Shown: one piece after another, positions 38,101-47,360 of the stretch
How positions within the stretch are numbered: the first letter of the stretch is position 1
Layout of the letters: every line of letters starts with the position of its first letter
Assembly (NCBI GenBank): GCA_041483895.1
Contig: JBGPGO010000003.1
Span: forward strand, 128,001-192,000
Direction of reading: 5' to 3'
DNA length: 64,000 bases
From: Fimbriimonadia bacterium
Lineage (GTDB): Bacteria > Armatimonadota > Fimbriimonadia > Fimbriimonadales > JABRVX01
Made by a program: the position numbers and the translations under genes
Notes under the pieces: generated by a model
The model's input: the letters and a program-made list of their open reading frames with translations, nothing else
Told to the model about the DNA's origin: nothing
Databases searched by the model: none

Positions 38101-40460
38101 CCAACGCCGGCTACGGAGCCGATGTCAGGCTCTCGAACTCCTCAGCCCAATTGACCTCAAACGCATTCCGTAGCAAATCGGGTAGTCAGGTTGAATTATA
38201 TGGTTGTAATTCCACCATTGCAAATAATCGCTTCGAAAACAGTCCACATATTTACATTGATTCCTCCTCAACGATCTCAGTTACAGAAAATGTCCTGGTG
38301 GGGAAAGGTTCGGGCATTTCCTCCGATGGCGGAGGCCTGATCTCCGGTAATTACGTGTTGGGATCGGGCGTCGGCGGCCAATCACGGAATCTCACGATCG
38401 AACATAACGTCGTTGAAAACGGAAGCGGCATTCATGTCGTAAACGGCCTTGTCCGCTACAATCGTGTTGCGAACTGTTCTTCCGACAAGGGCGGTGGGAT
38501 TTCTATCGAGAACGGCGTTGCTGTCGGAAACATATTGCAATGGAACGCCGCGAGAACGGCGGGTGGCAACATTTATGTAAAAGGGACTAGTACTGTGGAG
38601 AGCAACACGTTAGTCGGCGGGTATGCGCCTTTGGGTGGCGGCGCGTACGTGGAAACAAATAATTCAGACTTTTCTAATAACATCGTTGCTCTTGGGAATT
38701 CGGGGATCGACGCTTCGGGAACACAGAATGCCGCAAAATACAATAATAATTGCTTTTTCGGAAACAAACTTTACGACTTCTCTGAACTCTATTCTGGGAT
38801 CGTGACCAAAAATGGCAACATCATCGCGGATCCAAAATTCGCAAACTGGGGTGGCTACGATTTGCATCTCAATTGGGATTCGCCCTGCCGGGACGCCGGG
38901 AACAACAACAAAATCCTAAACCTTACGACGGATTATGATGGTCAGCCGCGGATTCAGCCGACGGGAGGGACGGTAGACATCGGTGCGGATGAATCGGACG
39001 GTTCCGCCTGGCCGCCGTATCTGGCGAAAGTGATTCGCGTCGCTCCTAACGGTACTGACGACAATGACGGCCTTTCTTGGGACCATGCAAAGGCAACGAT
39101 TTCCGCCGCACTTGCCACGAGCCAGTATGGGGACCAGGTGTGGGTTATGTCCGGCACATACCGAGAGAACATCGCTCTCAAGCAGGGAGTAGGTTTGTAC
39201 GGCGGATTCGATGGGGTGGAGAATTTCCTCCAAGACCGGGCTCGAGCGCAGGATCCAACTTCGGTGATTGACGGCGGTGCAAATCCTGGAATATCGGTCG
39301 CACGCATCCTACCCTGTTCCTTGGACAACACGATTCTTGATGGATTCGTGTTGGAGAACGGCTCATCCGATTATGGAGGGGGCCTTCTCTGCAACTACAC
39401 GGACGCACGAATTGATGGAAATCTCATTGCGAGCAACGCGGCGTCTCGAAGTGGGGGAGGAGTTTATGCTGTTCCCTTTGGTGGCCTGTTTGCAGCAAAT
39501 CGAGTTACGAATAATTCGCTGACCCACAGCACGGGGTATACCGCTGCAGTCTTTCAAGGGAATTGTGTGATTGCGTCGAATCTGTTTTACGGGAATCACG
39601 ATCCGTTTGCCGGCCATGTCTCAATGACCGATGGTCTGTTTATTGGCAACACCGTTACTCGAAATGCAACTATGTTTGGCGGCTATGCGCTCGGTTGCGG
39701 CGGCACTGCCAACATTATTGATAACATCATCGCCTTTAACACCTATGGCGTTTCCGAAGCGGGCTCGAACGCCTATTTCGTCAATGACTGCATTTACGGA
39801 AACGGCAGTCAAGACTTCAATCCGGCCGCGAATGACCCTAATGGTCAAAACGGCAACATCCGAGTCGACCCGCAGTTTATCGATCGCCAAAACAACGACT
39901 ACCACTTGACGCCAGGCTCGCCCTGCATTGATGTCGGTGACGTGTACTACGGGTGGAATTATGGCCTTGACCTATCCGGCTCGCCTCGAATCAATGGGAA
40001 GGGCATAGATATGGGATGTTACGAGGTCGTTTCCACCCTGATCAGTGGGCGGATATCTTTCGGCCAACTCAGAGGCTCTCCGCCTAGGCAGATAGACGTG
40101 CTTCTGCGGAGCGCGGTGACCGGCGATGATTGGGCGCTTTATCGAGCAAATGTCGGAAGTGATGGTTCTTACGCGGTACCGGCGCCCCGAACACCTCTGA
40201 TTCTCGGAGTTCGAGCCGGAAATTGGCTCCAAAGAAATGTCATGGTCGATACCACGGTCGGAAGTAAAGAAAACGTCAACCCTGCTCTGATCAATGGAGA
40301 TGCGAATCGCGATAACCAGGTCGACCTCAAGGATATTGGATTGGTGTTCGAGGAATTCGGCGGGGATGCCGGTCCGGCAGACCTCAACCGGGATAATCAC
40401 GTTGATCTTCGAGACCTCGCCATCACATTTCTCAATTTCGGCCAGGTTGGCGACACTTAA
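35103..40460 (+). CDS. Large secreted protein: four right-handed beta-helix modules plus C-terminal dockerin-like module
   Basis: Four repeats starting V...D.N.G.SW..AK..I and ending DIGADESDG/DMGCYE; GGG/N-rich beta-helix; GDANRDNQVDLKD...DLNRDNHVDLRD. Confidence 0.85.
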   Translation: MGRLLFLFLCFVQTSVLSAKVIYVRTDADDQNNGLSWQSAKRTILSAIAASANGDQIWIKAGNYDQALTLAKSISIYGGFAGTETSVDQRDLAHNQTAVGSTGITLNIGGQLQQGIVIDGITFTQLGATAGQVIVSNAGPLEIRNCVFTGITLTSNSMCIHSEVTPKYTNCLFNNNHVPTLISSDNLTVTGTIFQNNVATGGIQVPGSCGFSYCTFIDNSIYLTLNFNNSGQTVLDNDVFARNSISGAKPLVLLGGTIRATNDTFVNNACDTYGVLSVGTNPGLLANNIFASNLSGIVAGVASGRTIKNNCFYNNFMFDAQGIPSPVGSDNNINLDPQFGDRIHGNYHIQPSSPCVNAGDNGSVTGATDFEGQPRIQGGTIDIGADESDGTDWIPVLPTIYHVSPSGSDANDGLSWLTAKNSISSALSAAVYGDQIWIAEGTYREQVSMKDGVDIYGGFEGTETAIDSRDIANHPSVIDGEKTRTCVIAPIRTVAVTRLDGVTVANGGGGQGGGLYGTNAALEIANCSFIQNTSTNTGGGLELDKSVARIQSCLFASNVAAKNGGGAYFGSSWLSCDHCSFTSNASTGGYGGGIYFTGSLLTVARCQFMSNEAQQGGGLNAGPSDKSSTIRFCVFDRNDAQNFGGALSASGGFSLDNNTFVSNTAQNGGAANCTGMQITNNRFSNNGASTGGALFILGGSVVNNTIVQNSAAIGGACYEYSSGANLQNNIICYNHPGIAASANGTYTNVKSNCIFGNEVYDVSGFDNPIGANGNFSADPQLATPFGPNLHIQSTSPCVDAGAIPSINIGDFDMDNQSRLIGAAYDIGADESDGTVWPPYMKKIQHVSPTGNDSNTGVSWAEAKQTVSAALTAVAAGDEVWIAEGTYPERITIPAGIKMYGGFAGAETTVAERKLDEHPTILDGQMSGTVVTFAPGATLQTVFDGLRIISGTGINGAGILALYGSEHISNCHVSGCIATNNGGGAYIGAGSPILEENVFESNAGYGADVRLSNSSAQLTSNAFRSKSGSQVELYGCNSTIANNRFENSPHIYIDSSSTISVTENVLVGKGSGISSDGGGLISGNYVLGSGVGGQSRNLTIEHNVVENGSGIHVVNGLVRYNRVANCSSDKGGGISIENGVAVGNILQWNAARTAGGNIYVKGTSTVESNTLVGGYAPLGGGAYVETNNSDFSNNIVALGNSGIDASGTQNAAKYNNNCFFGNKLYDFSELYSGIVTKNGNIIADPKFANWGGYDLHLNWDSPCRDAGNNNKILNLTTDYDGQPRIQPTGGTVDIGADESDGSAWPPYLAKVIRVAPNGTDDNDGLSWDHAKATISAALATSQYGDQVWVMSGTYRENIALKQGVGLYGGFDGVENFLQDRARAQDPTSVIDGGANPGISVARILPCSLDNTILDGFVLENGSSDYGGGLLCNYTDARIDGNLIASNAASRSGGGVYAVPFGGLFAANRVTNNSLTHSTGYTAAVFQGNCVIASNLFYGNHDPFAGHVSMTDGLFIGNTVTRNATMFGGYALGCGGTANIIDNIIAFNTYGVSEAGSNAYFVNDCIYGNGSQDFNPAANDPNGQNGNIRVDPQFIDRQNNDYHLTPGSPCIDVGDVYYGWNYGLDLSGSPRINGKGIDMGCYEVVSTLISGRISFGQLRGSPPRQIDVLLRSAVTGDDWALYRANVGSDGSYAVPAPRTPLILGVRAGNWLQRNVMVDTTVGSKENVNPALINGDANRDNQVDLKDIGLVFEEFGGDAGPADLNRDNHVDLRDLAITFLNFGQVGDT

Positions 40461-40468
40461 ACGCCAAG

Positions 40469-40497
40469 CGGCCCCGCCGGGAAGGAAAGCGGGGCCG
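40469..40497. terminator. Hairpin between convergent genes
   Basis: CGGCCCCGC...GCGGGGCCG. Confidence 0.55.
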
Positions 40498-40518
40498 AAA
40501 GGCTTACGGATAGCTTGC

Positions 40519-41211
40519 TTACTTGCGTCGTCGTCGGAGCAGGGCGGCGATGCCTACGCCGACCACGGCGAACGTTCCAGGCTCGGGGACAGGGGTGAAC
40601 ACGTCCTGGGAATCCGGGGCTGTGAGGACGTACAGGTTGGTCGAGGTCGTCCAGTCGCCGTTCGTCAGGCTGGTGGCCCAGGTCTGCGCCTGGCTCCGAA
40701 CGCTGCCGGAGAAGCCGGAGTTGGCAATCATAACGTTGCCGCCGGCAAAGTCAATGCTGGCATCCAATTTGATTTCCCAGATCAGACACTGGAAGGCGGC
40801 GGCCTTCGCCGTGCTGGTCTTGGCATCCGCATAAGCGTTGGCCCACAGTCGCTTGATCAACACGGCCTTCGGGGCAGAGTAGCCGCCGGTACCTAGGTCA
40901 ACCAGGGAATAGGCCTTGCCGACGTTGTCCGTTGGGTTTATCGCGAACCCGATGGTCTTGAACGGATCGGAACAGAACGTTTCCAGGTCGATGAAGCCGA
41001 GGCCGTAGTCGGCTTCGAACTGAAAGGCTCCCATCTGGGTGCTCTCGAGAGTGCCGGCGCTGAAAGTCATCACAGGAGAAGATTTAGTGCCGATGATAAA
41101 CAGGCCGTCGCCGCCGACCTTGTCGCGAACTTGCACCGCGCTGACCATTGCGATAGGCAGAGAACAGGCCGCGACCAGGGCGAGCGCCTTGGAAACACAA
41201 ACATTTTTCAT
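40519..41211 (-). CDS. PEP-CTERM sorting domain protein
   Basis: Signal peptide, TFC and AAFQCLIWE motifs, VPEPGT-hydrophobic-RRRRK tail. Confidence 0.88.
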   Translation of the reverse strand: MKNVCVSKALALVAACSLPIAMVSAVQVRDKVGGDGLFIIGTKSSPVMTFSAGTLESTQMGAFQFEADYGLGFIDLETFCSDPFKTIGFAINPTDNVGKAYSLVDLGTGGYSAPKAVLIKRLWANAYADAKTSTAKAAAFQCLIWEIKLDASIDFAGGNVMIANSGFSGSVRSQAQTWATSLTNGDWTTSTNLYVLTAPDSQDVFTPVPEPGTFAVVGVGIAALLRRRRK

Positions 41212-41456
41212 TACGATAGCTCCTTGGTTCGAAGTAACCGGCCGGTGTGGCGTGCGGTTAGAGTGATACAGCTATCTGCGTTTGGGGCAAGCTTCGTGCC
41301 AAGTGAGCGTGGGGCGCGCGAATCCCGGTTTCGATGCCGGTCCGTTGGGGTGAGATTTCGGTTTCTCCCCACGAATCGGGTAAGGAGGCAGGATTCGGCC
41401 CAATGCCGAGGGGTGGGCGCAAATTCGCCCCGCATTTAGGTATTATTTTGGCTCTC

Positions 41457-41543
41457 GCCGACCTGGTGAAATTGGTATACACGCTGGCTTCAGGTGCCAG
41501 TGCTCGCAAGGGCGTGGGGGTTCGAGTCCCCCGGTCGGCACCA
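41457..41543 (+). tRNA. tRNA-Leu (CAG)
   Basis: GCCGACC/GGTCGGC acceptor, anticodon loop TTCAGGT, long variable arm, GTTCGAGTC, CCA end. Confidence 0.97.
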
Positions 41544-41611
41544 TATTTACCCCGTTCGCACGGTATAATGCGCGGGCTTGGCAAGTGAACAGACAGGGAG
41601 CCGCAAGAGTA

Positions 41612-41770
41612 ATGAAACGAACGTACCAACCGAACAACCGACACAGGCACCGCACGCACGGGTTTCTCGTTCGAATGAGGTCGAAAGACGGCCAAAACGT
41701 CCTCAAGCGACGCCGGGCGCGTGGACGGCACGAAATCGCCGTGGTCAGAAAGCGCAAGCTTGTCAAGTAA
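41612..41770 (+). CDS. rpmH: 50S ribosomal protein L34
   Basis: [15 protein letters not shown]....G..VL.RRR..GR. Confidence 0.97.
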   Translation: MKRTYQPNNRHRHRTHGFLVRMRSKDGQNVLKRRRARGRHEIAVVRKRKLVK

Positions 41771-41775
41771 ATCCC

Positions 41776-42141
41776 GTGTTGCCGACAAAGGCCAGGCTTC
41801 GGCGTTCTTCCGACTTCAACCGCGTATATCGCGAGGGAAAGTTCTTGCACACGCCGGAACTAACGATCCATTTTCTGCCCATGCCGGGCAACGAATCGGC
41901 GAGAATCGGAGTAGTTGCAGGCAAGAAGATCGGCCCGTTGGCCAAGCGTTCACGGTGGAAGCGCCGAGTGCGGGCTGCGATTCAATCCAAATGGGGGCGA
42001 ATACCGATCGGATTCGACCTGGTTTTCGTGCTTCGGCAGGCGATTCTGCGGTCGGACTATTGGAAGATCGAAGCGAGAGTAGAGGAACTGTTGACTCGAG
42101 CGCAAACCGCGGCTGGTCCCAGCGGTTCTGCCTCTTCCTAA
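41776..42141 (+). CDS. rnpA: Ribonuclease P protein component
   Basis: [35 protein letters not shown]; synteny. Confidence 0.9.
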   Translation: MLPTKARLRRSSDFNRVYREGKFLHTPELTIHFLPMPGNESARIGVVAGKKIGPLAKRSRWKRRVRAAIQSKWGRIPIGFDLVFVLRQAILRSDYWKIEARVEELLTRAQTAAGPSGSASS

Positions 42142-42323
42142 TTCGCGGCTATCGAGCTGTTTCCCGATTCACCCCGCCCATGTGCATCTTTCAGCCCACC
42201 TGTTCCGCATACGGCATGGAGGCGATTGAGAAGTATGGCGCGCTAAAAGGGATATGGATGACCCTCCGGCGGATTTTGCGGTGCCACCCGTTCGCAAAGG
42301 GAGGGTATGACCCAGTACCATGA
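42060..42323 (+). CDS. yidD: Membrane protein insertion efficiency factor (start uncertain)
   Basis: [10 protein letters not shown]...[17 protein letters not shown]. Confidence 0.9.
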   Translation: MEDRSESRGTVDSSANRGWSQRFCLFLIRGYRAVSRFTPPMCIFQPTCSAYGMEAIEKYGALKGIWMTLRRILRCHPFAKGGYDPVP

Positions 42324-43561
42324 GTAAGGCTGCCCCTAAAAAGCCAGGGATGCTCCAGTTCATCCTTCTGTTTGCCGCTGTGTTTTTCGCAATGCAGCTG
42401 TTCTTCAACCCTGCGCAGCAAAATCAAGATACCCGTAAGATTGCTGAGGTCAACGCAGAATTCCAAAAGGCCGCCGATGCAAAGCATGGCGATCTATCCG
42501 GGGACCTGCAGAAGTTCTCCCAAGACATGCGGGAGAAGTATTCCGTGTTGGACAAGCGATTCTCTGGCAGCCCGGAACGCTTTCAGGCCTGGAACCTGAT
42601 GACCGTTCGGTTGGAGGACATAGGGAGAAGCGCGAAGCTGAAAGGCGACCAATTCCAATATATGGAGGCCGCCGAAAAGGAGCTTAGCACCTTCCAGCGC
42701 AAGTCCCCGGTTGAATACGAGCGGTACGCCGATACAACTCGTCTCCCTGCGCTCCACAAAGACCTCGATGAGCGCTATCAGCGCCAAACGGACTATGCCA
42801 TCGGGACCGGGTACAAGATCATTGATTCCCTGGTGAGCTTGACGGGCCGCGTATCGGGTTTCTCCTATGCCTTCGCGATGGTTTTGCTGGCGGTGGTGGT
42901 CCGTCTCGGGCTGTGGCCGCTCTCGAACTACCAGTTCCGGTTCTTCAAGCAGATGAAGCTGTTGTCGCCGATGGTTCAGGCCCTGCAAGAGCGATACAAA
43001 GGCGTCGAGCTCCAGCAGAGAATCAGCGAGCTATATAAGAAATACAATCTGAATCCGGCCTGGGGCTGTATTGGCCCTATGCTTCCCCTGCCGATTCTGA
43101 TCTGGCTGTTCAGCGTGATGCGGGCCTATCGGTTCCGCTTCGAAGAGGGCACGTTCCTCTGGATCAACCCTGCCTGGAGTCACTCGACCAGCGGGTTCTT
43201 CGCGCCGAACCTGGGTCACCTGGACAATGTGCTGCTGTGGCTCTACGCCATTTCGATGTTTGTAACCCAAAAAATGGCAGTAAGCGATCCTACGCAGATG
43301 AAGCAGCAGACGACCATGAGCATCTTCATGACTGCCACCATCGTGGTCATGATGTACCTGTATCCTTTGCCGTCCGCATTCATCTTCTATTGGATGTTGT
43401 CCAACATCCTTGCGACGGTGCAGCAAGTCTGGGTAAATAAGCAGCCGTTGGCTGTGATGGAAATGGAGCTGCCCGAACTGCCATCCGGGTCGAACGGCAA
43501 GGGGACGGGTGTCCCCAAGTCCCACAAGGGCAAGGCGACCGCAAAAAAGCGCCGCCGATAG
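42320..43561 (+). CDS. yidC: Membrane protein insertase YidC/Oxa1
   Basis: [34 protein letters not shown]; synteny. Confidence 0.92.
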   Translation: MSKAAPKKPGMLQFILLFAAVFFAMQLFFNPAQQNQDTRKIAEVNAEFQKAADAKHGDLSGDLQKFSQDMREKYSVLDKRFSGSPERFQAWNLMTVRLEDIGRSAKLKGDQFQYMEAAEKELSTFQRKSPVEYERYADTTRLPALHKDLDERYQRQTDYAIGTGYKIIDSLVSLTGRVSGFSYAFAMVLLAVVVRLGLWPLSNYQFRFFKQMKLLSPMVQALQERYKGVELQQRISELYKKYNLNPAWGCIGPMLPLPILIWLFSVMRAYRFRFEEGTFLWINPAWSHSTSGFFAPNLGHLDNVLLWLYAISMFVTQKMAVSDPTQMKQQTTMSIFMTATIVVMMYLYPLPSAFIFYWMLSNILATVQQVWVNKQPLAVMEMELPELPSGSNGKGTGVPKSHKGKATAKKRRR

Positions 43562-43582
43562 TCATGCGTTTTATTTGGGAGG

Positions 43583-44383
43583 TTGACATTGCAACGAATG
43601 GTTGAAGCTACTGGAAAAACGATTGATGAAGCCCGACAGTCCGCGATGCGGCTGCTCGGCGTGACCGATACCACCTGCGTAGAGTTCGAGGAGCTGCCGG
43701 AAGTGAAAGGTCTGTTCAATCGGACCTCGAAGCGAGTCCGGGCGACGCTGGGCGCGGAGCCGGTTTCTGTACCGGCGCCGGCTCCCGTATCGACTCCGGA
43801 ACCCCCTGCCGCCGCTGTGGAGGCGCCGGCACCCGCCGCGGCAACACCCGCTGCCGATCAGCCGAATTTGGACGAATTGATGCGAGTTGCTCTCGGGCCT
43901 GACGAAGATGCGATTCCTGCCGAACTGTCCGGTGAAACCGTACAATTGGCCCAGCAGATTTTGCAGGACATCATCGAGGCGTCCGGACTAAAGATCAATG
44001 CATCCTACCAGAAAACGGAGGGCCGATACATCCACCTAGAGATGAGCGGACCCGACGTGCCCCACTTTATCGGTAAGCGGGGTTCCGTCATCGATTCTCT
44101 TCAGTATCTGATGAACGTGATGATCAGCAAGGGAGAAGACGGTCCGAACGCCCGGATCGTGCTCGATGGGGACAACTATCGGATGAAGCGAGCCGAGACC
44201 CTCCAGAAATTGGCGCTGGAGTTGGCGGCTCAGGTCCGCTCCCGGAAGGAAGAGGCGGAGCTGGAGGCGTTGCCCGCCCACGAGCGGCGCATCGTCCATA
44301 GGGTCCTTCGGGATGACTCGACCATCAAGACCTATAGCGAAGGCATCGAGCCCGAGAGAAGAGTCATTATTTCTCCCGCATAA
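43583..44383 (+). CDS. jag: RNA-binding protein Jag/EloR (KH + R3H)
   Basis: GKTIDEA, IGKRGSVIDSLQYL, ERRIVH, TYSEGIEPERRV. Confidence 0.93.
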   Translation: MTLQRMVEATGKTIDEARQSAMRLLGVTDTTCVEFEELPEVKGLFNRTSKRVRATLGAEPVSVPAPAPVSTPEPPAAAVEAPAPAAATPAADQPNLDELMRVALGPDEDAIPAELSGETVQLAQQILQDIIEASGLKINASYQKTEGRYIHLEMSGPDVPHFIGKRGSVIDSLQYLMNVMISKGEDGPNARIVLDGDNYRMKRAETLQKLALELAAQVRSRKEEAELEALPAHERRIVHRVLRDDSTIKTYSEGIEPERRVIISPA

Positions 44384-44457
44384 CTGCCGGAGCGAGCGGG
44401 TTATTGGTCAAAGCAGGCAGTTTTGCGACTACCAAGCAGGCAATAGCCGAGTTATAA

Positions 44458-44562
44458 AGAGGGCAGCGTTCTAAGTTGGGACCCATTAGCGGGCAAAAGA
44501 CCCGTTCTTCCCAACCTCCCTCTACGATCGGCATACCTGAACTGGGTGTGCCGTCTTTTTTT
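44458..44562 (+). ncRNA. Candidate structured small RNA or attenuator ending in a strong terminator
   Basis: Nested stems AGAGGG/CCCTCT, GTTGGGA/TCCCAAC, AGCGGG/CCCGTT, then CGGCATACC...GGTGTGCCG + T7. Confidence 0.4.
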
Positions 44563-44612
44563 GTGCGCAGAGCATTGGCTGGAAGATATACTCATAGAGG
44601 GTTGAATTATCC

Positions 44613-45485
44613 GTGCCGGAATTCCTAGAAAACGTCCGAGGATTGGGTACACAGTCGCTGCTCCGTATCGTCGAGTTTGCGATCGTTTGGTACGTCATCT
44701 ATCGGCTTCTGCTGTTGGTTCGAGGAACGAGGGCCTGGCCGATTATGGGCGGCCTCCTGATCTTCGGCCTCATGTACGCACTAAGCGGCTATCTCCACAT
44801 GCACACGCTCTATTACCTTCTGGAAAAGGCCTCCGTCGTTGGCGGGATCGCGCTTGTCGTCCTGTTTTTCCCCGAGCTGCGGCAGGCGCTTGAACAGTTC
44901 GGGAGCGTGGGTCCTTGGGCGCAAAAGACCCTCTTCACCGTGGAGCAGGTCTCCCTGACGACCGTTGAGGAGATCGTGGCGGCCGTGACACAGATGTCGA
45001 TGGACCGTACCGGCGCGCTCATCGTTGTAGAGCGGGCCAGCCAGCTTGCGGAGGTCGAGGCGACCGGCACCATGCTGCAATCGCGCGTTTCCGGCGAGCT
45101 GCTGGAAAGCATCTTCCTCAAGGGAAGCCCATTGCACGACGGCGCGGTTGTGATCCGAAGCGACACGATTATCGCGGCGGCGTGCCAACTGCCCATTTCG
45201 ACCAAGCACACGCATCCAGAATTTCACATGAGGCATCGGGCGGCCATTGGCGTAACGGAGGGAACGGACGCCCTGGCCATCGTCGTCTCCGAGGAAAACG
45301 GCCGAATTTCCATCTCGATCGGGGGCCAAATCGATTTGGGCCTGAAGCCGGAGGACGTGCGGACCTACCTCAACGCCCATATCAACACGAGGCCTCGAAG
45401 CGTTCAGTCCTTGGCGGCGCGAGTCCGTGCGGCGCGAATCAAGCGCATGAGGAAGGAGGCGAAGAGTGAACTTCCTCAGGCATAA
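44613..45485 (+). CDS. cdaA: Diadenylate cyclase CdaA/DacA
   Basis: 3 N-terminal TMs, FFPELRQALE, PLHDGAVVI, RHRAAIG, VSEENG. Confidence 0.95.
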   Translation: MPEFLENVRGLGTQSLLRIVEFAIVWYVIYRLLLLVRGTRAWPIMGGLLIFGLMYALSGYLHMHTLYYLLEKASVVGGIALVVLFFPELRQALEQFGSVGPWAQKTLFTVEQVSLTTVEEIVAAVTQMSMDRTGALIVVERASQLAEVEATGTMLQSRVSGELLESIFLKGSPLHDGAVVIRSDTIIAAACQLPISTKHTHPEFHMRHRAAIGVTEGTDALAIVVSEENGRISISIGGQIDLGLKPEDVRTYLNAHINTRPRSVQSLAARVRAARIKRMRKEAKSELPQA

Positions 45486-46410
45486 CCTGGTCGAGAAGTT
45501 CCTTGCCGCCGCCCTCGCCCTTCTGTTGTTTTGGTCTGTGGAGAGGACGTTTATTCCCGAAAAAGAGGAGACGTTTTCCAAGCGCGTCGTCTACGAAAAC
45601 GTGCCGAGAGGCATGAAAGTCCTCGGCGAATCGCCTCTGATACAGCTAACCGCCACCGGCAATCCAGAGGTCATGAAGGATCTGGCGACCGGGGACCAAC
45701 AGGCCGTGGTTGTCTCCGTCAGACTCGATTCCGCTCGGCGCGGGACCTCTTCCTACCCGGTCTACATCGCGATCCCACCCGACCTGCAAGACGAAGTCCG
45801 CTGGAAAGTGTCCCCGAAACGGATTGAGTTGACGTTGGCAGGGGAAACGGATGTGCCGGTCACGGTTGAAGCCGTTCCGACCACACAGCCGCCGCCGGGC
45901 TTTGATGACAAGGCGTGGGTCGCGGAGCCGCGAACCGTCATGGTGTCGGCCGATGAGACTGTCTTGGAGCGAGTCGCCAAGGCCCAGATCCGATACGACC
46001 CGCGCGATATGCCTGAAGCCCAGCTTCTCCACGACATCGTGCTCGTCGATCGCAACGGAAGGATTGTGACGAAGGGCGAAGTCACTTTGTCCCCATCGCG
46101 CGGCAGAGTCATTCCTACGAAGACCACTCCCGTCTCCAAGCTGCTGGCCATCGTTCCCCAGTGGTCCGGCACTCTGCCGGTCGGATACCGCCTGGTTGGA
46201 TACAAGATCTCGCCCGCCCAGGTGCCGGCGCAGGGAGCGAGCGCGGTGCTGGATTCCCTGTCTGTTCTTATGACGGAGACAATCGATATTACAGGCATGA
46301 CCGATGATCGAACGGTCACGGTGCAGGTCGTCGCGCCGGACGGTATTCGTCTGCGCCAGGGGGTGTCCGTCCAAGTGCAGCTCCAGATCGGCAAGGCGGA
46401 GGAGCCCTAA
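45466..46410 (+). CDS. cdaR: CdaR/YbbR-like protein
   Basis: N-terminal KFLAAALALLLFW anchor, repeated P..V.V.G beta domains, overlaps cdaA. Confidence 0.85.
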   Translation: MNFLRHNLVEKFLAAALALLLFWSVERTFIPEKEETFSKRVVYENVPRGMKVLGESPLIQLTATGNPEVMKDLATGDQQAVVVSVRLDSARRGTSSYPVYIAIPPDLQDEVRWKVSPKRIELTLAGETDVPVTVEAVPTTQPPPGFDDKAWVAEPRTVMVSADETVLERVAKAQIRYDPRDMPEAQLLHDIVLVDRNGRIVTKGEVTLSPSRGRVIPTKTTPVSKLLAIVPQWSGTLPVGYRLVGYKISPAQVPAQGASAVLDSLSVLMTETIDITGMTDDRTVTVQVVAPDGIRLRQGVSVQVQLQIGKAEEP

Positions 46411-47285
46411 TCGCCCTCACTCTGCGCCAGGCCGATGATCAGACCGTCGAATCGGTCTTGCAGATCATCTGCAGCGCATTCGAAATCAGCTTGGACGGCG
46501 CCCGCCCGCTCTTCTTTGCCGACCCGCTTTTCAATCTGCAAAACAAATGGCTGCTGTTTGGGGATGACGGGGCCGTTGCCACCGCGAGCGTTACCCCGAT
46601 TGACCTCAATCTTGGCGACCGCTTTGTTCGGTGCGCGGGGATTGCCGGAGTCGCGACCGAACCGCGGCTGCAGGGCAGGGGATATGCAAGCGAACTGCTT
46701 GCTCAACTCCTTGAACGACTTAGCGAGGATGGGTTCGATGTCGCGGCGCTCGTCCCCGCGCGCACGGAGCTATACGAACGGTTGGGCTTTCGGTACTATG
46801 CCGACCGATGGAGCATCCAGTTTAGCCTGGCGCCGTTCGTGGACCCGATGTCGGAAATGCCGCGAGGGATGTGCGAGGAGGACAGACCGAGAATCAGAGA
46901 GCTTTATGAACAGTTTGGCGAGTCGCGACCGGGAGCCGCAAAGAGAGACGACGCGCGATGGGGATATCTGTTCTGGCACAATCAGACGATCCTGTGCGTC
47001 GGCCAACCGGTGGAGCAGTACATGATCTGCTCGTACACTCCCGAGGGCCTGTTGATAAAAGAGCTGCTGCCACCAAACCCTCGGAGACAGATGATCAACT
47101 ATCTCGCCGATCGAGGTCCCATAACCGTTGCGGGCTGGCGAGAGGATGTGGAGCCTTGGCGCGAATTCTCCGACGAGGAACCGGCATGCGAGCCATTCCT
47201 GATGGCAAAAGCCCTTTCTATGCCTTGGCCGTTTGACCCAATTTCGAACCACGCATTTTCTCTGTTCGCATGTGACCTTTTCTGA
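46410..47285 (+). CDS. GNAT family acetyltransferase (Eis-like); probable ATC start at 46410
   Basis: GIAGVATEPRLQGRGYA, LYERLGF; GGAGGAG RBS before in-frame ATC; first canonical start TTG 46458. Confidence 0.8.
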   Translation: MALTLRQADDQTVESVLQIICSAFEISLDGARPLFFADPLFNLQNKWLLFGDDGAVATASVTPIDLNLGDRFVRCAGIAGVATEPRLQGRGYASELLAQLLERLSEDGFDVAALVPARTELYERLGFRYYADRWSIQFSLAPFVDPMSEMPRGMCEEDRPRIRELYEQFGESRPGAAKRDDARWGYLFWHNQTILCVGQPVEQYMICSYTPEGLLIKELLPPNPRRQMINYLADRGPITVAGWREDVEPWREFSDEEPACEPFLMAKALSMPWPFDPISNHAFSLFACDLF

Positions 47286-47360
47286 GCGGTAAACTCAGCA
47301 GAACTGGGGAGGGACCAGCGCCAAACAATGGGGTCCCTCCCAACAGCATTTGGCCGTAGC

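Noticed and set aside
41212..41611. oriC next to rpmH
   Set aside because: No dnaA gene and no DnaA-box cluster seen; the region holds tRNA-Leu
44458..44562. ydaO c-di-AMP riboswitch, 6S or SRP RNA
   Set aside because: Characteristic conserved sequences not seen; kept only as an unassigned candidate
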